DNA of 64,000 nt from Glycera tridactyla (Eukaryota): contig OZ286462.1 of assembly GCA_965644265.1 (NCBI GenBank), forward strand, positions 89,962,001 to 90,026,000. Reading direction: 5' to 3'. The notes below the pieces were generated by a model that was not told the DNA's origin, did not search any database, and saw only the letters and a program-made list of their open reading frames with translations. Positions 25,123 to 35,946 of this stretch are shown piece by piece; the first letter of the stretch is position 1, and each line of letters begins with the position of its first letter. Both the position numbers and the translations under genes were made by a program.

Positions 25123-25490
25123 TTTTCATTATCATGCCCCCGCCATATAATGGCAGATAGGCATATAGTTTTTACCCTGTCCATGTGTGTGCTCGTGTGT
25201 TTGTGTGTCCTGTGTATGGGCATATCCATGCCCGGTCCATAACTTTGTCTTCCATTGCTGGATTTTAAAATAAATTGGTACAAATGGTCATCATGTGGAG
25301 ATGACGTGTTGTATGTAGAAGCTGTCATCCTTGAGTGATTCACCGCCAAATGCTGGACCCTGATTGGTCGATTCATGTCTAGCCAATGATTTTGTCTTCA
25401 ATGACTGAATCTTAAAATAAATTTGTACAAATTATCTTCATATGAACGTGACGTTTTGTGTGCGAAAAACGTCATGCTTGAGTGATTTCC
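25123..25490 (+). mobile_element. Helentron-associated non-autonomous element (HINE / pearl / DINE-1-like)
   Basis: T-run, ATGCCCCGCCAT..ATGGC..GGCATATAGTTTTT hairpin head, GTGT microsatellite, GTCCATAACTTTG, then two ~155-bp core repeats (TTAAAATAAATT[G/T]GTACAAAT...CTTGAGTGATT). Confidence 0.7.
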
Positions 25491-25551
25491 TAGCAAGTTG
25501 TATTGGATTTATTCTACTCTATCTCTAGACATTCTTGCTTTTATTCCACAG

Positions 25552-25566
25552 ATGAATCATAAGTGA
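25552..25566 (+). CDS. Candidate alternative terminal/micro exon of iGluR (MNHK-stop)
   Basis: Strong acceptor CTTTTATTCCACAG then ATG AAT CAT AAG TGA; the stop overlaps a GTGAGC donor. Confidence 0.3.
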   Translation: MNHK

Positions 25567-25972
25567 GCAGTTTCCTTGGGCTCACCTAAACTGTGTGCCC
25601 ATTGCGAGAGTTATCGCGGGCGACATGTGTATATCTTTACGAAGAGGGTGATGCACCCCAACGTCGATTGTCTTGCCAGGTGTTTGTTTCACATCCTGCG
25701 AGCACCATTCCAGATATATCGCAATGGCCGTACAATAGGCATTGATTTTATCATTCAAAACTCTGGGTCTTTAACGGAAGGTAGAGATTATTTATTTTGA
25801 CAGACACTCAAGGTATAACTTCTCGTAACCCACCTCTGAATTAAACCAAGATGGTAGTTTTTTATTAGCACGAGACCCCCGGCATGTATCTTTCAAATGT
25901 GTATGCTGGCGCTCTTGTTACTACTATTTCCATTGACTGATGAATGCCACCTCGGTGTTTGTGTGTTTGCAG

Positions 25973-26041
25973 GTGGCCGAGGCTGGTAATCACCGATATC
26001 CTGAAAATACTTACATGGATATGTTACGTCGCGATACGTGA
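25973..26041 (+). CDS. Candidate last coding exon of iGluR (VAEAGNHRYPENTYMDMLRRDT-stop)
   Basis: GTGTTTGCAG acceptor, phase 0 open for 22 codons to TGA. Confidence 0.55.
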   Translation: MAEAGNHRYPENTYMDMLRRDT

Positions 26042-26592
26042 AGCAAAACCNNNNNNNNNNNNNNNNNNNNNNNNNNNNNNNNNNNNNNNNNNNNNNNNNN
26101 NNNNNNNNNNNNNNNNNNNNNNNNNNNNNNNNNNNNNNNNNNNNNNNNNNNNNNNNNNNNNNNNNNNNNNNNNNNNNNNNNNNNNNNNNNNNNNNNNNNN
26201 NNNNNNNNNNNNNNNNNNNNNNNNNNNNNNNNNNNNNNNNNNNNNNNNNNNNNNNNNNATGTGCGCGTGTTTGTGATTGTTGAAAACCCCTGCACTAGTA
26301 TCCAATGATTTACAAGGTGGAACTCAACTGGTCCGACGTAATTCGATCGACCGTAATGAACAACTAGGTATTAAGGATCATGAACTATCCCTGCCATATA
26401 TAAAGAATTAGAAACTTGTGCTAGGGGCCTGAATGTGTAAATGAAGTGCATAGAAGATCACAGTGTTTCATTAGTATGAGTGTGTATGTGTGTTGGAATA
26501 TGCAAGTAGTGTTATGTGTGAGCATGTGAGTGCGTATGTTTTATATTTTGATGTTGGAATATGTGTGTGGTTCTCATACGTGCATGATGAAG

Positions 26593-26595
<3 letters not shown>

Positions 26596-26649
<54 letters not shown>
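26596..26649. repeat. (TG)n microsatellite
   Basis: Direct observation. Confidence 0.97.
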
Positions 26650-26651
<2 letters not shown>

Positions 26652-26929
26652 CCAATCACATCTGCATGTTCATGACAAAATGTTGTTAAAGGGCACCTGC
26701 TGGAACTGCTATGAAACATGCGATCATTGCTAGGATAGTTATATGAGAACATTTTGCTAAAATATGTCCATGTATATGCAGTGCGGGTTTGTGTGCGCAT
26801 GTGGGTGCATGTGTGCGCGCGTCCATCTAACTTCTCGGAATAGTGATGTTCTTCCGCATCTTTCATTGCATGGAGTTACAGGATATGTCAAGATTAGTCC
26901 CCACGTCAATTAGAGCGCATAATAGATCA

Positions 26930-27660
26930 TTCATGTCACATAATGTAATGTCAATCATGAAGTAGTGTGAATCATGTCATTTAATGTGTTAATCGTGTCA
27001 CATGAAGTGTTATCCATGTCACATAATGCAGTGTCAATCATGTCAGATAATATAGGGTGAATCATGTCAGATAATATAGAACAGTCATGTCATTTAATGT
27101 GTCAATCATGCAGTTATGGTGCATAATAGATAATTCATGTCACATAATGTAATGTCAATCATGAAGTAGTGTGAATCATGTCATTTAATGTGTTAATCAT
27201 GTCACATAATTAAGTGTTATCCATGTCACATAATGCAGTGTCAATCATGTCAGATAATATAGTGTGAATCATGTCAGATAATGTACAACAGTCATGTCAT
27301 TTAATGTGTCAATCATGCAAGTAATGTTGTGTAAGTCATGTGATCCACTGTGTCAACATGTCACATAATGTATCAATCATGTCAAGTATTGTTGTGTCAG
27401 TCATGTCGCATAATGAATCCAATCATGTGATATGGTGTAATGTCAATAATCTCACAGGATGTAGTGCCAATCAAGTCATGTGATGTATCAATCATGTCAC
27501 ATAATGTAGAGTCAATCATGTCACATAATGTAGTGCCATTCATGCCACATAATATAGTGTCAAATCATGTCACATAATATAGTGTCAAATCATGTTACAT
27601 AATATAGTGTCAAATCATGTTACATAATATAGTGTCAAATCATGTTACACAATGTAGTCA
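26930..27660. repeat. Complex ~23-25-bp minisatellite (TCAATCATGTCACATAATGTAGTG-like)
   Basis: Unit recurs throughout; near-perfect 25-bp copies at ~27560-27650 and a ~200-bp higher-order duplication at ~26930/27130. Confidence 0.88.
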
Positions 27661-29819
27661 CTCATGTCAGATAACGTGGTTAAGATGGTTCAATGTGAAC
27701 GAGTGTTGTATCTTGAAGTCCTTTAAAATGCCCCCCTTACGTGATGGGCAGGAAAGTCAGATATGTGAGATCATGGTGGGGTATTTCATGAGAACTTGTC
27801 GAAATGTGCTCATGTATGAGTACATTTGTGGTGTATATTAGTTCATACTAGAATACAAGCTCTCAATTCATTTACCCACTTGTGAATAAAATCTGATGCT
27901 GAACCAACCTTCGAAAGTGAGTGTTGATATACATGTAGTATCACATGGATGTGACATTTTTAATAAAGTATCAGGTGATGAATATTGCGTGTGATACTTC
28001 ACATCTGGGTGGGAACTACTTTTGAGTGATTTCTCTCCTAATCCATGTGATAAAAGCAAGAATATATGGGCGTGAGGTGAGAACACAATACCAAACTCGG
28101 TTTGAATTTCACATCAAAATTCACATCTCGTTTGGTATTGAGTTTTTACTTCACGGCCATATATTATTCTTGCTATAATATTGGCAGAACCTTTAATGGG
28201 TGGAGGACAAGTCATTTCTGATGAGTGGCCCACATGTATTAGTTGGAATTCACAAGTGGGATAGGTTGTTAAATATATGTGCCAAATACATTGCATCCCT
28301 GCCCTTTCATCATAGTATCCCATGTCGGGAGATAAGTACAAGTGAAAGATATTAGTACATTAGTGAGACAGTGTGATTCTTGATTTTCTCCTGTGATAGA
28401 AATCTTGTCCTGAATATGTTTGTCATATGCCATAAATATGTCGCGTATAAATGAGTGTCCGAAAGCTAGAGTCGATCAAGCTATGTTAATCTGCTATATC
28501 CGGGCTCTGGATGCTCGGGACGCCCACGTGCTGGTCAATACTATTGGCACTGGACGTTTCTACAGTGGCACACTGACGGATGTCTCGAACATCCAGAGCC
28601 AGGAAATTGCACATTATTATATATCGAGCTATGCTAATCTACCATATGAAATGAAAGATAACCAAAGGGAATTCTAAGGATGGGGAGAAGATGATTGTGA
28701 GTGTCACTGACATGTTGATTGAGTATTGTGAGACAGCAAACGTCCAGTGACCCGAAACCGTGATGTGGGCATTGGGCGGCGCGAGCGTCCAGGGCCAGGA
28801 AATGGCACATTATTATATATGGTCGATCAACACGTCAGACGGTGGTATGACTGAGACTCAACGTCTGTCAAAGCTAAACCTGGAGCCAGTTGCACAAAGG
28901 ACATTGTGCTAAATTGCCCAATTCGATGAGATTCACATTTGATGAAGTAGGATTGTAAATTGTAATTCAGTGGTTTTTGCAGGACACAACTTCAACCTGT
29001 AAGTTATGAATTGGCTTTGTGTGCTGTAAGAGTGCTCACAATTCTATTTAATCTAGTACCCTAACACTTGACTCATCCATTGCAATGTCTGCATAAACAG
29101 AGGGTACTAGTATATTCTTGTGATTTCCAAAATGGCCGATAGATTGACCTCTGTTGACCTTTGGAGTGGTGGGGCTAGTCAATGGTGAGTACACATAAAC
29201 TGAATAATTTACTCATTCAAAGATATCTGCCATGTGGACAATCACCCCTTTTCAGAACTGTATATTGGATGAGTGTATTGGCGCTAGAACAATATTTTTT
29301 ATGGCAGATATTTGCTGTATATCTCATGCTTCAGCCAATCCTGCGCAGGTAGAGGATGATTAGAAACGCTGGCCGTCTTGATGAATCCATCCTCCATCCA
29401 CGGAGTTGATAGTTTCGATGACTGGCCCTTATCAAGAATGTCCCGAGTGCCAGTCACGAGTGATATTCTGATCTTATCATCCGATAAATGAATAGAATAA
29501 TGAATCAGCTTCAATTTGCTGTTTAGATTGTGAAAATCGGACCACTGGTTGCTGAGATATAGCGATTCTTATAGAGGTGTCTTTCGTAACAACTGCCGTT
29601 ACGCTATACAGATCGAATGCGCGACACAACCAGTTGACCCTTGACCACGATTGTTCTCTTGCAAATGTTTGTTGTACGGACCAATCAGCGTTGGGGCTTT
29701 CGCCCCACGTGACCTAAGAGCAAAAAAAATGAAAATATCAGCCGAGTGCATGGTACGCTATCGAATTATTGCCGAGCGCCGAGGTGTGTGGGTAGGCGAC
29801 GCTTACCAACACGCTAGAC

Positions 29820-30044
29820 TCAACATCGGATGATAAAGGGTGTGAATCTGGAAAGATAATGTTGAAGACATCTACCAACAAAATGAAACTTTAACACATA
29901 TAAGGCACCTAAAATCGCTCGCATATTGTCTGCTCCAATACAGGCTTTTCTCACTACTTTTCCTGGCCCCAGTAGGTCCAGGCATGCGCAGACAGCCTGA
30001 TATAGTTCTGGTGGCGAGGCCTCCTTACTATCAATGGTAACCAA
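29820..30044 (-). pseudogene. Possible decayed hAT transposase fragment
   Basis: DSKEASPPELYQAVCACLDLLGPGKVVRKACIGADNMRAILG loosely resembles hAT 'A.GIF.AI...L..LG...KLVG.GADGA.VM.G'; similarity judged by eye only. Confidence 0.3.
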
Positions 30045-31055
30045 TAGGGGTGATACTTAATATCGCATTTTTCATATTGATACTTTTTTCATGGGCTCTT
30101 CACAGCTTCTATACATATTAATGGGAAGACCATTTATCAATTTGCAGAATATGGGAATAATTGCATGAGAGATAACTAGGAAATTTCTGGTTAGGATGTC
30201 TGCTCTCAGTAACCATATGCAGGGTGATAGCAGTCAACCCACCCTACCCCTTTTCCATACATAACCCCCTGTGATGTTGGTATGTGATCATTATTTCACA
30301 TCTCAGATCACTGGTCAGCTGGTGAGAGTGAAATCAGATATGTGTCTTTGATCATCACAACTTCCAATTAGATGAGAGGGAGGGTTAAGTAACGCAGTAC
30401 ATTTTCATACTAGAGAAGAGCTAGTGAGAAAAGCACGTGTTGTGGTCTGATTTGATGACCCAGAAGGAAGTTCTCAGCATTGAATGTTCTGCAACCTCTT
30501 GTGAATAGGTATCATTAATTTTCTGCGGAACTATCATATCGCTGCTGGTTGGTTGGTTGTTGGTCTNNNNNNNNNNNNNNNNNNNNNNNNNNNNNNNNNN
30601 NNNNNNNNNNNNNNNNNNNNNNNNNNNNNNNNNNNNNNNNNNNNNNNNNNNNNNNNNNNNNNNNNNNNNNNNNNNNNNNNNNNNNNNNNNNNNNNNNNNN
30701 NNNNNNNNNNNNNNNNNNNNNNNNNNNNNNNNNNNNNNNNNNNNNNNNNNNNNNNNNNNNNNNNNNNNNNNNNNNNNNNNNNNNNNNNNNNNNNNNNNNN
30801 NNNNNNNNNNNNNNNNNNNNNNNNNNNNNNNNNNNNNNNNNNNNNNNNNNNNNNNNNNNNNNNNNNNNNNNNNNNNNNNNNNNNNNNNNNNNNNNNNNNN
30901 NNNNNNNNNNNNNNNNNNNNNNNNNNNNNNNNNNNNNNNNNNNNNNNNNNNNNNNNNNNNNNNNNNNNNNNNNNNNNNNNNNNNNNNNNNNNNNNNNNNN
31001 NNNNNNNNNNNNNNNNNNNNNNNNNNNNNNNNNNNNNNNNNNNNNNNNNNNNNNN

Positions 31056-31297
31056 GATAAGTCATCCTCTATATCATCACTCTGCTCCTCCCAGGCTGTA
31101 ATATATTCAAGTACCACCGCCCTCTCCTGACAATGTATGCAGTATGCCAAATGGAAAAACAAGAAAACCCATGTAAGAAACTAATAAAAACATATTCAAA
31201 TGTTACTTGTCAGTTTTGTCTCATGCGTACTCACAGCTAGCAATGCCCTCAGACGGGTATAGCAGGAGAACGGTTCAGTTTGGGTAGAGCTTATCAA
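31056..31297 (-). CDS. Candidate spliced coding fragment of an unidentified gene (..STQTEPFSCYTRLRALLA | ERAVVLEYITAWEEQSDDIEDDL..)
   Basis: 108-nt intron 31234-31127 with GTGAGT donor, long pyrimidine tract and CAG acceptor; only phase 0 stays open across the junction; runs into gap 30567-31055. Confidence 0.35.
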
Positions 31298-31856
31298 TCA
31301 GGTACACCGTATGATCATGATCTCTGATAGCTGTATGCTATGTCCCCTGCATTATATCCCAGGGATCAAAGTGAGGTTTGGTGAAAAATTATTGGTAGCC
31401 CAGATTTTTCGTTCCCAACCAACAAATATATCTTCCTCGCAGAAGCCCAGAATTTTCGCTCTCAACTACGTATTCCTCCGATAAATGACCAAACACCGTG
31501 TTCTGTGGTAGCCAAGCTGATATGTATTGCAAATTACGAATGAGAAGTTGGTGCGACGGAAGACGCGCAGAAGACGTTTTTACGAGTGTCGTGGCTGCGT
31601 ACTAGCAGTTTATCGGAGGAGACTGGCCTGTTATTCATATCTTTCGGTGAGTTCTCGAATTTCCCTCCAAATATCAGAATATGGGCAGCTTGACATGTCT
31701 CTGATGAGAAATCAGATACTGGTCGGCGAAAAAACGAAAATATCGGAATTCCGATAAAAATCGGAATACTCATGAACCAAAAAAACAAAACAAGATGATG
31801 TTTGAACCGGAACGTTTTCACATGGAATACTTCGCAGTTCAGACACACCTCTTTGA

Positions 31857-32932
31857 TAGGGTGTTTCAAAAAACGGCTTTTTTTTTAATTGCACGCTCTC
31901 CAATTTTTGGGGCATGCACTATGACCTAAAAAACAGAGCTATGTAATGAGTCAATATTAGAATATTCATGTCTGAAAACACCATAAGCTATGTCTATCCA
32001 CTTGCTTGCAGGCAACTGATGGCCCTCCAGCTCACCAAGTGAAGGCATCTATATTCCACCATTCACGGTATCTCCATGAGCCAATTGTGGTGCTGCTTCT
32101 CTTTGACAGTGGTGTTTCTGATGATGAAAATCAGGAATTGGCAATGACACTGCAAGCTATCCCAAAACCCCAAGTCTTTCCACCAAGAAAGCCGATATTC
32201 CCTACTCATACAATCCAGGCTGACAATACCACATTTGCATCCATTCTTGGACCATGTTCCTGGCTTCCATTTTCCCTGCTAGGAAATGATAATGGCTGGT
32301 TGGCCAATGGAGATGGTTGTTACCACGAGATGGCTGCCATCATGTGTGACTTGGATGTGGTGAACATTGCCGCTGAGAGAGGTGTGAAGGTCAAGATTAC
32401 GCGAATGCAGCCAGAGAGGGGAATCAACATACGAATATCATCCTTGTGTCAGGATCTCATGGCATCAAAATGTATTAATTCCTGAAGACTTAAATAGAAG
32501 AGAATTTGTGAAGTGGCATACAGATACTTGGAATTAATTGTGACTGATAGTACAAAATATGTATATCAATGTAATGAAAATCAAGGGTCATGTATCAAGA
32601 TAATGCTTCTACTTGCCTCAGCCGAAAAACGGATATTTTAATATAGTTTTAGGTGAGCTAGACAGTGAAGGAATGGTTTCTGTTATGAAGTTTGTTCTAC
32701 TCTGCCCGATCTTCAAAATGAGCCTACTCTTGAGTCTCTACTCCAATTTTGACTATTTTTCATATAGAGCTGGGTCATCGTTAGGGAACATAAACAAAAA
32801 CGTCGTGGGGGAGGGGACAAAAATTCGCGAAATCTCCCGAAACTTCACAAACATGTTTTTTTAGGTCATAGTGCACGCCCAAAAAATTGGAGAGCGTGCA
32901 ATAAATAAAAAGCCGTTTTTGAAACAGCCTTA
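31857..32932 (+). mobile_element. hATm-type non-autonomous DNA transposon with transposase C-terminal relic
   Basis: ~75-bp TIRs TAGGGTGTTTCAAAAAACGGC...GCACTATGACCTAAAAAACA / reverse complement at ~32855-32932; no clean TSD. Confidence 0.78.
31993..32485 (+). pseudogene. hATm transposase C-terminal fragment
   Basis: HSRYLHEPIVVLLLFD..VSDDENQELA...PKP..F...KP.FP...LGPCSW..F..L...WL....DLDVVNIAAERGVK matches the hATm 'HLWYLS.ELV.LALFD...VVND.AERGVKL' pattern; degenerate. Confidence 0.75.
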
Positions 32933-34734
32933 TATCTAATTATGCAGCGATGCTTTCATTTTAGGCAGAGCATAGTACTTGAAACAAGGAAATGCACCAG
33001 GCTCGGATGGTTGGTTGGTAGGGTGATCGATTACTTTACATCCTGCAATTCCCATCTGAGCTATATTAAGACGTCCGTGCAATTGATATGATTACGATTC
33101 TCTTGGGTCCTCAACAGAAGATGAAAGTTCTTGAAATTCACAGATACCCAAGGTGTCATTTTTTTGTTCAGAAAATACCGAGTCAATGTTGTCAGGTATG
33201 ACCTGTCAACTTCAAATCATTCTTACAATGATCTGTATTTTTAATTTCTAACCCCCGAAACAGGCTTGGTTTACTCTCAGAGCGATCTGATTGCAACCAC
33301 AAGCTCTGCGGATTGTCATTCTGGTTGTCGATCCAATTTTAATTGCATAAACCACACCCCTGGTTAGGGTTCCAGTCCTTATATTGGCTACTTTAGTTGT
33401 GAGTGATTCAGTCATAAACTGTGTGAACTGAGAGTCCCCCATGGGGCCTGCCATTTTGGCTACATGAAACATCCACACTACAGAACCAGCCTGCAGAATC
33501 CTACTGTAGTTGGATGTCGTAGAATTGGTAGGGCGTTCCCCCCATCACTTATTTGACCACGTCGTCCCGTGGGACTACGTGCACGTAATTTGGTTTCGTG
33601 GCTATTTCGTAATTGACCGATTGATCGTGGTTAAACGGCATGTATGAACCCAGAGGATTATGTATGTCGTGTGGCTTAATCGTGAATTATCGCTGTGACT
33701 TCGTTTTAGTCCGGTATCACTGTGTGTGATTGGTTGGTTCAGGTTTAACGTCACGTCAGCTCCAGTTGTGCTATATTGTGACACCCATGCAATGATCGTC
33801 ATACGCGATGACGTTCCAGCATCTTAGTTCAGATTTTCGTCGAGTCTATTTCCCCGCAACCGAGACAAAACCTAGTGCATGCCAACTGCAGGAATGCCAA
33901 ACTACATTGGACAGAAGTAGTGATGGTACCAATCTCGCACAGTGATGATAACAGTATTCGCGATGTTTGTTTGATTGAAGTATAACGCCATATATCGACC
34001 CTGGGGTTGGTTGGTTGGTTGCTTCTGGTTTAACGTCACGTCAGCACCATCTGGGCTATATTGTGACGCCCATGCAATGGGCATGGGTGGGATCTTCCAA
34101 GACTCCTCCTTCTGGGTCCCCAACGGAAGGTGAAATGATGTGAAAATTACAGACAAACAATGTGCCATCTCAGAAGTTCGACCCTATGAATGCCGTGTGT
34201 TACTTGTCAATGAAAGTTAGATTTTCTCTCTCCTGCAGGCATCTCTTACACAGACCCAGAACACAAAATCATGGGATCCTATAAGCTGATAAGGTTGTCA
34301 CGTGAAAGTTGCTGACTGTTCAGCTGGACATGAAGATGCTAAACCTAATGGAATGATGGCATATCTTACTAGGTAATTGGCTGGCAGCTGACACTCAAGC
34401 CTGATAGCAAAGCTTTCTTTTTTTCAGCAAAGTGCATTACTTGAAAGAAGGGCAACTATTAGGTTCGCAGAATGCTCAACCAATAATGTATTCAATCACG
34501 TACTGTCAACTTCAAACCAGCTTTTCAATGATGGGTGCCCCATGCTCACAGTACAATGTCATCACACATCCAAGTAAACTGAGTTGCAGCCCTAGTAACT
34601 CAGAACTGGTGTTCCCAGTATGCGCTTTTCGCATACTGACAATATCTGCTTCAGCATTTCTAATCTGATATAACCTATGGAAAGGATAGCAACCAAAGTC
34701 ATTATCAACACCGGATTTTGTTTACACATGCTTT

Positions 34735-34739
34735 TATAT

Positions 34740-34772
<33 letters not shown>

Positions 34773-34775
34773 ATT
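34735..34775. repeat. (TA)n microsatellite
   Basis: Direct observation. Confidence 0.92.
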
Positions 34776-35884
34776 ATTCATGACAGATGTTCCTTACCAA
34801 CATGAAACGGCAATCCTGCATGAATGGGGGGATATAGAGGTGTCTGGGAAGACCATGGCGACACCCATTATTTCTGGAGTATCATGGGATATGTGCAAAA
34901 ACTTTTGCTTGTATATTTTTGAACATATCCCGAGTAGATCGGCGATTTTGAATGAGGATTCGACATTTGCTGTTGCCATGTGTGTGGTCTCTCGTTAGTT
35001 GGTTTTGGTTGATTGATTGATGGGTTGTTTGATGTTTAATGACAAGTATCAACCCCAAGGATTGTGTATGTCTTGTGCTCCTGGTCAATGAAAGCTAGAT
35101 GTTCTGTCTCCTGCAGGCATCACTTACACAAACCCCAACCACAAGATGATGGGGTACCTGAAAGATTGTCAAGTGGAAGAAGCTGACAGTTATACTCGCC
35201 TCATCGATCATCATATCGTATTTCACACGTGTATATAATTTCGTCGTCCTGGAGACGAACACGTTTTTCTGTGTTTAAATGTCATGACGAATCAAAATAA
35301 AGTTAATTCAATTCAATTCAAAACCTCTACCTACTCAACATGAAACAAACTGAATCTGATGATGGCATATCTAACTATTCAACGCCACATCGGCACCATA
35401 TGTGCTATGTTGTGATGCCTATGCAATGAGCATGGGTGGGAACATTTGAAACTCCTTCGTCAATGTCCCCACTGAAGTTGAAAGTATATGAAATTCAGAC
35501 ACTCAGGGTCTTATTTCTGTCATCAAAACTATTGACCAGTGTTACACTGTGAACAAGGGAGTGAATCATGTGGTTTCATTCCTGTAGGTTAGTCATTTTC
35601 GGTCACTATGCAGTGAACAAAGGATCAGGCCACAGGGCGGTCATTTGGCTAGATGTCTGTTCTTGGCTCATCATCATCTCATCATCATCCAAAACCTTCC
35701 ATCGAAGACATGAGACCAGTCAACCATCATCTATCATCCAATTCCCATCATCATGCCAGTATGTTCATATTGATCACTTCTGTGACCTCCAGCACTGAAA
35801 TCAGACTTTTCATGGAAGGTGTCGACACCTGTCATTCTGCATCCTGTATCATCAGCAGCAAATCTGTGATACTAGTGAATTTGC

Positions 35885-35946
35885 ATCAATCAATAACAAT
35901 AACACAACAAAACACTTTAATAACGTAACTTTCCAAAAGGTTTATT
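35885..35946 (-). terminator. Polyadenylation signal for a minus-strand transcript (probably PHKA 3' UTR end)
   Basis: AATAAA at 35946-35941 (minus) followed ~25 nt downstream by GU-rich GTGTTTTGTTGTGTTATTGTTATTG. Confidence 0.5.

Noticed and set aside
34150-34195. tRNA gene
   Set aside because: Only a B-box-like remnant at the head of a SINE; no cloverleaf.
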